Part shown: piece by piece, positions 50,001-58,497 of the stretch
Position numbering within the stretch: position 1 is the stretch's first letter
Layout: the number at the start of each line of letters is the position of its first letter
Virus record (IMG/VR): IMGVR_UViG_3300046467_002136
Span: 32,001 to 96,000 of that record
Source of the DNA: a virus
Length of the DNA stretch: 64,000 nt
Reading direction: 5' to 3' (one strand)
The notes under the pieces: model-generated
Databases searched by the model: none
Told to the model about the DNA's origin: nothing
The model's input: the letters and a program-made list of their open reading frames with translations, nothing else
Made by a program: the position numbers and the translations under genes

Positions 50001-50431
50001 CCCGGGGAGAAGGTGGCATAGATGCCATGAGAGATCATCGCGTCTTTGAAGAGGGTGGACCACTCGAAGAGATTCTTAGTAACTTGGTCAGCGCTATTGT
50101 TCAAGACGGCAGCTTCTGGGATGGCTTAAATGACACAGACATCGACCTGCTGAAGAATTTATCAGATAATCTTGGGTATAGGGCTTATGGCAGTTATTCG
50201 GGTGCACACACTCCGCACGCTCTTCTCGACGAGCTAACAGGAGGAGGACGCCACGAACTAGTAGCAGAATTTATGACTCTTATGAATACTGGAATGGATT
50301 TTCCGATTTGGGGTCCGAAAGGCCGTCGACCACTTACCCCTGCGGAAGTTACTGCATTAACCCGCTTATTCAAATGGCTTTCTCCTAAAGGAACGCCAAA
50401 AATACGATCAGGAGGAATCACATATGACTAA
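47078..50431 (+). CDS. Large head-region protein with DGD tag and possible atypical zincin motif
   Basis: 1117 aa: ARDGDLDGFLQEGTEW, THEFSGH and a distal ELVAE. Confidence 0.65.
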   Translation: MKAIHVANTGDSRIYYLLESDNDSTGVVVKRNSPPTFVNFFAYVSKKPQIQRLMDSDFHKFLWTGNKGSLKPRWEHVFIDRVAEPVDLLVGVNVISKFKTDDGPNRVRQMEEKANRAIEYRSLVSAGLNEKAFARSVGRMAGRAATGAVRGFRRGVRFDRHARDGDLDGFLQEGTEWARAATPSRTDLTTQETVGYKQPGRPRFMKDKPPDPTTLFDASREELRAAKGRYYRWKKAEAGASAHGVGLVDPEELLQSWIDLENELSEAFLDGRPIRTTDDFREVAAQLHSGFGPNLNQKMKIVYDSNGDPVDRKYDISGGSYFDLITPDRKGDEELSLYERYTALAVMRGLRDNPDLQNHTLQIAHEDDLVPSNPVINGPKGVGGQAGGLMGWNWKVNKIALQLLRATTGTREERNKRFSERLDEMLEIDKVPSQRNRHPKPRITIGLRKEKDHSNLLDFEIGLTAEYASKMGHNTATTALVVLAAHLDNVPQSEQASVVKRGKAIFGATIATHEFSGHGSHTSNIKSFADKDAGGDHNALKRAFERIKEHLGKNPIADKTALDLDSEQIDKTGKGGYNLAHGAFGPKAIVSMDKASAKLSNQGKVRGVLSVEPDTMGVGQWLGYLDQKEKPGSNRVERLHEWLRQPIMDGDGNPFTATPGLAQYFNALAGEAGLSWPGIDLTISQGEELTLAHVLYGMSPSINFGEIQLLSAEASNMGLTRLSDHRKGKYLSYRPRTGTASGANWTDITDKAIFVRVGDDMKPLDSIPSGVLDQIPWYMSVGGVELFDQGVLPAPTVLREHGIPAFKFPNTQGSSIDSSGPHSSNTSSSDPVSPEDVAPLLDAHAVVNRILADEKSSIPVTPPPVTNVQTAFKDPFNPTDLEQRANKKRLNEEEVKRNQNYLAKLLKVRFNKIKESKSEVGTTGLPITELVSNKSPAQRVEIRQRLVDQLLASLIYDHKFIDQSRRSSTARIDKPRGEGGIDAMRDHRVFEEGGPLEEILSNLVSAIVQDGSFWDGLNDTDIDLLKNLSDNLGYRAYGSYSGAHTPHALLDELTGGGRHELVAEFMTLMNTGMDFPIWGPKGRRPLTPAEVTALTRLFKWLSPKGTPKIRSGGITYD

Positions 50432-50843
50432 ATGGCCCGAACTCTCTGACGAACTCCCGGGTGCTGAATTTTTCACAAAAAACAACGAGCGGGCAGAAAG
50501 ACAAAAACCTTCAACCCAAGATTGGCAAAGCCTGTTAGAACGGGCACTCGGTTATAAACCAAGCCAATGGACTGGACTCAGTCATAGTCGTGACGAACTA
50601 GTTGGGATTCTTCGTCAATTAGAAGATGGATCTGATCCACATGTTGACGACCGAAGAAACCCTATTGAAGAGCGTATCGAACGCTACCAACACAGCAAAC
50701 AACGGACAAGAGATGACAGAGATGAACAGCTAGAGCAGGTTGTGGATCTTGGAAGTTTCTTATTTCCTCAATGGCACACACACAGGGGAAGAACCACTCG
50801 GCCATTGAATCCTGAACACTTCGCCGATCCAGGACTGAATTGA
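50424..50843 (+). CDS. Hypothetical protein (possible immunity/partner)
   Basis: 139 aa, overlapping the upstream stop; AGGAGG RBS. Confidence 0.6.
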   Translation: MTKWPELSDELPGAEFFTKNNERAERQKPSTQDWQSLLERALGYKPSQWTGLSHSRDELVGILRQLEDGSDPHVDDRRNPIEERIERYQHSKQRTRDDRDEQLEQVVDLGSFLFPQWHTHRGRTTRPLNPEHFADPGLN

Positions 50844-50869
50844 ACGTAAACTATTATGGGTGACTACAC

Positions 50870-51514
50870 ATGACAACTGACAGTTACGACATCAAAGGGC
50901 CACAGGACGTTCTACTCGATCTCCCCCAGGAGAGATTGACATCAATTACTCGTGGCCATGGACCAAGACGAGGCAATCTAGAGCGATTGCTTAGATATTG
51001 GCGCCCAATCATGAAAAAGCCCGGCGGGTTCACACGCTGTCGTGTCATTCTTAAAAATCACCCAGAGCTATACCCCCTGGAAAGAATTTGTGCGTGGCTT
51101 CATCACGAAACCACCGGCAAATGGCCCAATGAAGGCTGCCATCATCCGGGTATGAAGAACTGTAAAGGAAAACTTCGAAAGTTGGGATGGACAGATGCCG
51201 AGTGGGGCAAGCGAATACGCAAACGCTTCAAGAAACGTAAAAAAGGTTTTGATGAATCTTGGGATCAGGAAGACGTATTCTTCGGAGACTTCTTAGAGTC
51301 TAAGAGCTCTTATACGACTATAGAGTATAATCCTGTAGTAACTACAAGTGACCTCAAGCATGCTTCAACCGTTTTAGCTGATTTCGTTGTGATGGAAAAG
51401 GACTTCACGTCCTACCTCCGAGATCACAACAATTGGGAATTAGTCGGAGAAGGCGACGACGGCGACGAATGGGTTGCGGATTTCAGCGAAGCTAAGGACT
51501 GTGGGTGCGAATAA
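50870..51514 (+). CDS. Head-associated hypothetical protein with Cys/His motif
   Basis: LLRYW..PGGFTRC...ICAWLHHETTGKWP, a motif I associate with actinophage head proteins. Confidence 0.6.
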   Translation: MTTDSYDIKGPQDVLLDLPQERLTSITRGHGPRRGNLERLLRYWRPIMKKPGGFTRCRVILKNHPELYPLERICAWLHHETTGKWPNEGCHHPGMKNCKGKLRKLGWTDAEWGKRIRKRFKKRKKGFDESWDQEDVFFGDFLESKSSYTTIEYNPVVTTSDLKHASTVLADFVVMEKDFTSYLRDHNNWELVGEGDDGDEWVADFSEAKDCGCE

Positions 51515-51516
51515 AT

Positions 51517-53454
51517 ATGGCGACTTCCTACACCTACACGAAGGAATTGGATTGCTGCGGCGGCTTGGAAGTGCAGGTCAAACGAACAATCTTACGAAAA
51601 CTTGACGACACCATTCCTTCGGGTCTAATCCGGCATACACGCGCATCTGACGAAATCATTGGCGAATACAAAGCCTTATCTCATAGAAATGGAAATACTC
51701 GTCAGTACGACATCAGCGTAACTACCAAAGCGGGTTTAGTCAGATCGGGCTCCCGTCTCGGGCAGGCAGCTCAGGCAGCGGGTTCGATCATCACACCTGG
51801 AAACATTTCTAGAGTTCGAAGTCCCCTACGTTCGGCTGGATGGCGGGCACTCACCCCTGGCCTCCCCGGAGGCGGACGAGGTATTCGCAAACGTGGACGG
51901 GCACACCGATGCCCAGAGGGCTACCAATACGGTGGTCGATTCACTGACAATCAACTATCCACTTGCGGCCAACAACTTTTTGATATTCCATCTGCCCTCG
52001 GTGCAACCATTGCCGCTATCCGCAGAGCCGCTGCCGGTGCACCCACGGCACCCGAAGGTGAGGTAATTCGTGGACGCCCGGGCCGAAACGTTTTACAAAG
52101 CCGTAAGCCAGACATTCCTCGCGTCGGGAACGACAATCGCCAAGAACGTATTCGTGCTACAGGAAAAGTCATAGAAGCCATGGGTAAGCCCGACATAGAC
52201 ACGGCTCGGCTTGTTCGACGCGATGGCTTTCAGCTTGAACCAGTAGTTCCTCCCGCAGTATTGCGCACCATCCCCGACAACAGGGACATGGAAGGCGCCA
52301 CCTACCTAATGAATCTCACATCCGTTGATGGAATGGGTGGCGAAGAGTTGGGTCTCCTCTCCAATACGGGAGTTACCAATATCTCTTACGTTCTTCCTGA
52401 CGGATCTTCTCTTTCTATTGAAAAGGTTCGAGGGCTCACAGTCGGTGAGCGTAGGAAACTGGGCCGCACTGTTAATGCTGCCATGAAAAAAGACAATTCT
52501 AAAGATCCTGCGGCCAGACTGAAATTTGTCGACGAGGAGACCGGAACGGGCATCGCATACACCGAGAACTGGGCAGGATCAGCTCGTTCCGTTGCGGATG
52601 CCCTCAAGTCCAAGCCAGGAAAAACACCCACGGTGGAAGCTGAAGCGCCCGAGGCTGAAGTGCCCGAAGGTGTTGGCGACAAAATCAGTAATGTCAGTGA
52701 CGCTGTAACCCACATCAACGGTGGGGGCAGTCTCGCTGGAATTGATCCATCTATTCTCCAAGCTGCGATGCGAAAAGCGGGTAAAAAACGACCCGGAGGC
52801 ATCATCGAGGTCGGCGATAACCGTTATCTTATGCAGTCTTCGAAAACCGATTTCGACCATTTGCACGTTGCTACGGCAGCGGAAATACAAAATCATCTAG
52901 GTCTGGCAGCATTCCCCCCAGCGTTTGCGGGGAAGGGTGGCAAGCGGCGCGACTACGTTCTCGCTGCTCCATCTATGGATACTGATCGAACATTCGACGA
53001 TGTAGACCCAGCAGACGCGGTACGCATGCTCCTGGCTGACTTAATTCTCGGGGTCAACGATAGGCCGCCCACCGCTGTAGGAATACAAGGCGAAGCAACA
53101 GTACCGACACACATACCGTCTGCACTTGAAGATTTGGATAAAATCAGCATACAAGAGAGAATTGAAGAAAGTATTTCTTCGATGAGACCACTTGCAGATG
53201 AAAGTATATATTCCTCGCATTATCAACAATTACGAATAGCTCAACAGGAAGAATTCCGCAACGAACTTGAACGCCTTCTTGAAAGGGCTCGTACATTCAA
53301 TTTTACTGATTATAAAGATCGCCTTTATCGTGACGGTTCTTTATCTGCAGCCGAAAAAACTCATCTAAATGTTATTCAAACAATTGTTGAAGCTCGCATC
53401 CAAACACTTGCTGCTTCCTATGACGCGATTCTTGACCGCTTGGACGGTAACTGA
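51517..53454 (+). CDS. Head-region protein with RCPxG tag and degenerate HipA/PI3K-like kinase fold
   Basis: ATG at 51517; RCPEGYQYGGRFTD; AAEIQNHLGL...RMLLADLILGVNDRP. Confidence 0.6.
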   Translation: MATSYTYTKELDCCGGLEVQVKRTILRKLDDTIPSGLIRHTRASDEIIGEYKALSHRNGNTRQYDISVTTKAGLVRSGSRLGQAAQAAGSIITPGNISRVRSPLRSAGWRALTPGLPGGGRGIRKRGRAHRCPEGYQYGGRFTDNQLSTCGQQLFDIPSALGATIAAIRRAAAGAPTAPEGEVIRGRPGRNVLQSRKPDIPRVGNDNRQERIRATGKVIEAMGKPDIDTARLVRRDGFQLEPVVPPAVLRTIPDNRDMEGATYLMNLTSVDGMGGEELGLLSNTGVTNISYVLPDGSSLSIEKVRGLTVGERRKLGRTVNAAMKKDNSKDPAARLKFVDEETGTGIAYTENWAGSARSVADALKSKPGKTPTVEAEAPEAEVPEGVGDKISNVSDAVTHINGGGSLAGIDPSILQAAMRKAGKKRPGGIIEVGDNRYLMQSSKTDFDHLHVATAAEIQNHLGLAAFPPAFAGKGGKRRDYVLAAPSMDTDRTFDDVDPADAVRMLLADLILGVNDRPPTAVGIQGEATVPTHIPSALEDLDKISIQERIEESISSMRPLADESIYSSHYQQLRIAQQEEFRNELERLLERARTFNFTDYKDRLYRDGSLSAAEKTHLNVIQTIVEARIQTLAASYDAILDRLDGN

Positions 53455-56400
53455 TGAGACAGTTCGCTATTATCAAAGACGTTAGTTCAGACAAACTTTT
53501 TGCAATTATTGTCAAAGGTGATGATTTTACTGTCTGCCACGGGGTTCATCCTGTTGGCAAACAGTGGGCTGACAGTTACAACAAGGGTTTAACCAAATCC
53601 ATTTATGACGACCTTCAGCCGGGAATTTCGGTTGGGTCGTTCGCTCCGGTAACCACAACAACGCAAGCTTTGATTGATGAGGCAATCGAAGGGAAACCCG
53701 TTCGTTTTCCTGATCACTCACAGCTTACATATGTCAAGTCAGTTAACTACAGATATGACGGAGAAATCCCCCAAGTAAAAGATGCAGGGCTATCAAATCT
53801 GACAGATAAAGATTTCTTTGTTGGGGCAGACTATAAGGGAGTAGCTTTTCGTGCCGATGCTGCAAGACTTTCACTTTTGGCCAAAGCTCGTTTAGGGCAT
53901 TTTGGAACTGATTCTAAAGGTTTCAATTTTACTGAAAAGGGAACAGATCAGAAAGCTCTAAACGAAGAATTGTTTCAAACTGCTCGGGGGTCCGGCAATG
54001 TCCGTCGTGCAGCTAAAGCAGTGCTTTTAGAAAAGCATTTAAACTTAGAGGAACATCCGGGGTATCTCGGAACAAGAGAACATTCGTCACCTATCCGTAC
54101 AAAAGCCAATCGTCTTGGTCGAAGAATTGGCCGAGGAGGAGGCAGAGGTAGGGGTGGCGGAGGTATTCGCAAAATTGGACGATCGATGCAAGACCCGTTC
54201 GATCCAAAGGCTTGGGATGGAGATCATGACGGGATAGTTCAGGAGGGCACCATATGGGAACGCCCTTCAATACCGGGAGTTAACACGAATCTTCCGGGCC
54301 AACGTCGCACCCGAACAAAGCCTCGCAACTACCCAGCCGATGACGCAGACGGTGTCGAATTCAGATTGCGTAATCGTCGTGAAGAAAACCGTGCCCAAAA
54401 TGAAATTCTAAGTACTCCGGTTGGAGAGGTTATTGAAGAATTCCCCGAAGCAACCGAAGCTCTCAGAAACACACTTTCAGGATTCCCTGAAGGCGATGAC
54501 ATCTGGGAAACTCCACTAAGAGACATCACAGATAATGGAGAATACTTCGGTGAGGATGATTTAGATCGACTTCTTGATGCTGCTGTACCACGGCGTCGAG
54601 AAGGTGCCACTGACAGCTTCTATCGCGATGAACAAGGCATGCGCTCCCAAAGAGACGCACCTCCACCTCCTCCGGTTCCCGAGCGTGAAAGTGAGCGTGA
54701 TTTTGGCGACCCGCCTCCTCCCCCGCCTGTACCCGAACGACGCGATTTACCTGAACCGCCAGAGCCTGGACCCCGAGCATCCGCTCCCGCTCCAGAGCCT
54801 CCAGAGCGGAAGCCACAATTAGTTCTACCTCACGCGGGTACGAGCCATGGGCAGATGACCCCTGAACAGCGACGAGAGCAACTCGACGCTATGGAATACG
54901 AAATCCCTGCCGCCAGAGCGAAGTCACGCCAAATGCGAGAAATCGCTCAAGAACGTAATCAAGATCTGAATTTCTTTAGGGGACGAGGCGCAGACGGGAA
55001 ACGCCGAAACCGGCATCGTCCTGGCAGTGAGGCAGCAGCAGAGCGTGGTGAAAAGCCCTCAGGTATGAACGAGAACGCTTGGCATCGCAATGAAACAGAA
55101 TGGCTTCAAAGACAGATCGACAGTGCCAACGAAGGCGTGTACTTTTGGGACCAAACAGATTACCAATGGTCCTTACAGCAGCAGAGTCTGCGAGAGTTTA
55201 ATGCCCGTGGTGAAATGGCAGCCCCCCGGGGTATGCGTTCTGAACGATATGACATCACACAAGATGAAGCTGGCAAATGGCGTGTGATGGATACGGGCAA
55301 CAGAAACATGCGGCTTCCCGAAGAATATGACAACCGCGAGGACGCTTTAAGAGAAGCGATACGAAGAGATAACCCCCGTGGTGGCATGCGATCTACGCGA
55401 CCGCTTACGCCCGAGGAACGTGCTGACCACGAAGAACGATTCGGCCCGGGAACACGAGATGGTACGCGACCGCTTACGCCCGAGGAACGTGCTGACCACG
55501 AAGAACGATTCGGCCCGGGAACACGAGATGGTACGCGACCGCTTACGCCCGAGGAACGTGCTGACCACGAAGAACGATTCGGCATGCGTTCCTCAATTGA
55601 AGTTGGATCTGGACGCCCTAGTGGAGAACGGATCGCCAGGGCGCGGGAAGAAGTCGCCTTGTCAGCTGGACCCCAGCGGACCAGTGATGGCCGTCTGTAT
55701 GACGAACGAACTCACGGAGAACTAGTAGATGCCTTCACAGGTGCAGGATTGTCTATCTCTGAAGCAGAAGCAGAAGCAGATCGGAGAATGCAACATCGAT
55801 TTGGTGACAGGTGGCTGCAACACCCCTTAAACCGTGATCGCATATCTGGTCGAGGCGGCATGCGCTCGGAAAGCGGAGGCGAATCTCAACAAGATCGAAT
55901 CGATCGCCGAGAACGAGGCGAGTTCGACGAAATGACCCGAGTCGGGCGAGCCGCCAGAGAAACTCATGAAGAGCCAGACGGTTCAGTTTATGAATTCCGT
56001 CCTACTCTTCACGACAAACCTGAACGGGGTGGCAATTGGATTGACATTACAGACCCCGGCCAAAGATCTGAAATGGCTAGGCGTGCTACGCAAAGGCGTC
56101 AACACGAAGCCCAAACGGGCACGAGCATGGGGCGGTTAGCGCGACCGGGTGCTGGCAGTGAATGGGATCGAACTACGAGAGGTGGAATGCGCTCTAGGAC
56201 GCGTGATGCTTCAGTAGATCGTGCCTCTCAATTGCAAGGCATGCGCTCAGGCGGCAGACGACGCCGAGGCCAAGCTCAACCTGGACTTGATCGTCACTCA
56301 GACATTGACGGTCAGATTTGGGAAACTCTTACCGACGCTGAAAGAGCACATGTCGGAACGGCGATTGATACAGAAATGCGTAGACGCATGCACGGACTCG

Positions 56401-58184
56401 CATGGAACGACATGGACGGCATAGATCCTCGCAAGCCAAAACAAAAAAAGCGTTCAGAGATGACCCCCGAAGAAGAAATGGAAGCAACCTTCCACGTCAA
56501 CCCCCTCGGAGGGATCGTAAAACAGTATTTCGATCAAGAAATCAGGCCAGGCTTTAAAAAAGACTATGACGGTGACGAACTTGCCCAAAAACTTAGGGAC
56601 TATGTTTTCACCGACACCGACATCGACACCATCGAAGCCGCGATAGAAAGTCAAATCGAAGCGACTGGTGACGCAACTGACAAAGCTGCCGACCAGCTGA
56701 AAGATCAGTTAAGGGAAATTCGGATCTACCGAAACATGGTCGAACAAAGCAATAACGGCAAAGACTCTGACGCCTTCCAATTCCTTGAGCATCTTACGCC
56801 AACACAGCGCGCCCGAATCTATAACCGTGCAAACGGTGCTGACAAGGATCGTCTGAAAACAAGTAAAGCTTCTTGGGGTCTCAGTAAGGGCAATCGCATC
56901 AATTCAACTATCGGCAGCACGTTCACTGAACGCCAGACCGCCATTGACTCCGTTAAGCCCGGTGTGAGGCGTCGTGCAGGAGAGTTCTCCCGGTCGATGG
57001 CACAACGCATTTGGGCTCCAAACCCGAACAGTGCTTATCGTCGTGCGCTTAGAAAGGCTCGACGCGGAGGGGCAGGAAGTTCTCTTCCCGGTTTCCGTCG
57101 TGAAGAGGATAAAAGATCAATAGTTGCCCGCCGTGTCGCTCAACTGCGACGCAAGTTGCGGGTCGTTAAGGGTCGTAAAGGTATTCAAGGCGCAATCAAT
57201 GCTTCTGAAAAGAAACAAATCAAGAAAGCAGTCGATTTCGACGCAGACGGCAAGTTGGTTACAAGCGACGAAGGTATCGCACGTCTCGGCAAAGCCTCCA
57301 GAGCACTACTCGGCGACAAGTCGCTCCTGAAAGATGTCAGGATGAAGGGTCGTGGCGGTAAGGGCACGGACGGAGCTAGCGAAGATGAGGTCGAGAAGAT
57401 ACTCAATCAGAACCCAGAAATGGCTGTCATTTGGGACGCTATGGGCATGAATGATTTGCCGGTTGTTGTAGACGATGACAACTTCGAAGCCCTGATTGAT
57501 GCTGGCCATCCCGTTATAGGTCGAGGACACGGAAGCGCTAGCAATGCGACCGATTATCTTGATGACGAATTACGTTTCCTCCCCGGAGGAGGCGGTGAAG
57601 CATCAGGCAAGGGTGAGTATTGGTCAACCGGCCAAGGCAGTTGGGGTAGTTGGCAAACTACAGAAGGAGGCAACACAGCTGCTGTTCTTACACCCAATGT
57701 TCGTCGCATGGACGGAGACACTTTAGACGCCGAATCTACCGCTAATAGATCCGTTAGTCAGGCATTCGAGCTTGTGCGAGCAACCTATCCCGGAGATGAA
57801 TTAGAAAAAGCAGACATTGCCGAAGTCGTCTCCAAGATGGATGCTGAAATAGCAAAAATAACAGATCTTGCCGAAGGTGCCCCTATTTGGGAAACCGAAG
57901 TTGGTCAACTCTGGACACACTTGTTGGATTCGATCCGCACCAGCGGCAACCCCGACTCTTTGAATGCCATGTTGCTGCTTAACAAAATTAATAACACCAG
58001 AGGCGGCAGAAACCTTATTGCCCCCATCTTGGGTTATGACACAATCCAGTCGGGTAGCGTAGAGTTGGTGATGAACCGCAGTGCCGTCATCACCCTAGGC
58101 AGAACCCTTGGTTCTTCAGGATTGAGTCAATTCTTTAAGCAAGCATCAGATGTACGCAGCGAAGGCAGAAGGGCTAGAGCATGA
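53454..58184 (+). CDS. Giant polyvalent head-region protein with C-terminal ADP-ribosyltransferase-like domain
   Basis: 1576 aa: DGDHDG tag, 7 GMRS sites, a 69-bp tandem repeat, and C-terminal RG..GxGxYW..GYD..VMNR. Confidence 0.7.
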   Translation: MRQFAIIKDVSSDKLFAIIVKGDDFTVCHGVHPVGKQWADSYNKGLTKSIYDDLQPGISVGSFAPVTTTTQALIDEAIEGKPVRFPDHSQLTYVKSVNYRYDGEIPQVKDAGLSNLTDKDFFVGADYKGVAFRADAARLSLLAKARLGHFGTDSKGFNFTEKGTDQKALNEELFQTARGSGNVRRAAKAVLLEKHLNLEEHPGYLGTREHSSPIRTKANRLGRRIGRGGGRGRGGGGIRKIGRSMQDPFDPKAWDGDHDGIVQEGTIWERPSIPGVNTNLPGQRRTRTKPRNYPADDADGVEFRLRNRREENRAQNEILSTPVGEVIEEFPEATEALRNTLSGFPEGDDIWETPLRDITDNGEYFGEDDLDRLLDAAVPRRREGATDSFYRDEQGMRSQRDAPPPPPVPERESERDFGDPPPPPPVPERRDLPEPPEPGPRASAPAPEPPERKPQLVLPHAGTSHGQMTPEQRREQLDAMEYEIPAARAKSRQMREIAQERNQDLNFFRGRGADGKRRNRHRPGSEAAAERGEKPSGMNENAWHRNETEWLQRQIDSANEGVYFWDQTDYQWSLQQQSLREFNARGEMAAPRGMRSERYDITQDEAGKWRVMDTGNRNMRLPEEYDNREDALREAIRRDNPRGGMRSTRPLTPEERADHEERFGPGTRDGTRPLTPEERADHEERFGPGTRDGTRPLTPEERADHEERFGMRSSIEVGSGRPSGERIARAREEVALSAGPQRTSDGRLYDERTHGELVDAFTGAGLSISEAEAEADRRMQHRFGDRWLQHPLNRDRISGRGGMRSESGGESQQDRIDRRERGEFDEMTRVGRAARETHEEPDGSVYEFRPTLHDKPERGGNWIDITDPGQRSEMARRATQRRQHEAQTGTSMGRLARPGAGSEWDRTTRGGMRSRTRDASVDRASQLQGMRSGGRRRRGQAQPGLDRHSDIDGQIWETLTDAERAHVGTAIDTEMRRRMHGLAWNDMDGIDPRKPKQKKRSEMTPEEEMEATFHVNPLGGIVKQYFDQEIRPGFKKDYDGDELAQKLRDYVFTDTDIDTIEAAIESQIEATGDATDKAADQLKDQLREIRIYRNMVEQSNNGKDSDAFQFLEHLTPTQRARIYNRANGADKDRLKTSKASWGLSKGNRINSTIGSTFTERQTAIDSVKPGVRRRAGEFSRSMAQRIWAPNPNSAYRRALRKARRGGAGSSLPGFRREEDKRSIVARRVAQLRRKLRVVKGRKGIQGAINASEKKQIKKAVDFDADGKLVTSDEGIARLGKASRALLGDKSLLKDVRMKGRGGKGTDGASEDEVEKILNQNPEMAVIWDAMGMNDLPVVVDDDNFEALIDAGHPVIGRGHGSASNATDYLDDELRFLPGGGGEASGKGEYWSTGQGSWGSWQTTEGGNTAAVLTPNVRRMDGDTLDAESTANRSVSQAFELVRATYPGDELEKADIAEVVSKMDAEIAKITDLAEGAPIWETEVGQLWTHLLDSIRTSGNPDSLNAMLLLNKINNTRGGRNLIAPILGYDTIQSGSVELVMNRSAVITLGRTLGSSGLSQFFKQASDVRSEGRRARA
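55394..55583 (+). repeat. Perfect 69-bp tandem repeat, 2.75 copies (TRPLTPEERADHEERFGPGTRDG)
   Basis: Identical units start at 55394, 55463 and 55532, in frame, with GMRS on both sides. Confidence 0.95.
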
Positions 58185-58495
58185 TTACTCCAGAAAATCA
58201 TAAGGAATATCACATAATGCTCTCAACGCTTCTGCGGTACCCCCCGTTCTCCACTGAAGACGACGAAAACGGCGACGAATTGGATTACATCGCTGGTAAA
58301 GAACTAATGGCCTACCACGACGAGGTTATCGCGCCAGCATCCAAAGGCGGAAACCTAGATTGGGAATTAGAGGGTGAACCCTTCGAAGAGTTCAGAGAAA
58401 AATGGAAAGACGAACTTGAAGAGGCTGAACTTTACCAATCCAGACATGGTGACGATTTCGCTGCCGCCGCAAAAGCTGCCAGCGGCGATGAATAA
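58181..58495 (+). CDS. Small acidic protein (possible immunity/antitoxin)
   Basis: 104 aa, D/E-rich, ATGA-coupled to the ORF ending in the ART-like domain. Confidence 0.6.
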   Translation: MITPENHKEYHIMLSTLLRYPPFSTEDDENGDELDYIAGKELMAYHDEVIAPASKGGNLDWELEGEPFEEFREKWKDELEEAELYQSRHGDDFAAAAKAASGDE

Positions 58496-58497
58496 CG

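Noticed and set aside
55394-55583. Possible CRISPR array
   Set aside because: The units are contiguous, identical 69-mers in frame within a CDS, with no unique spacers and no cas operon.
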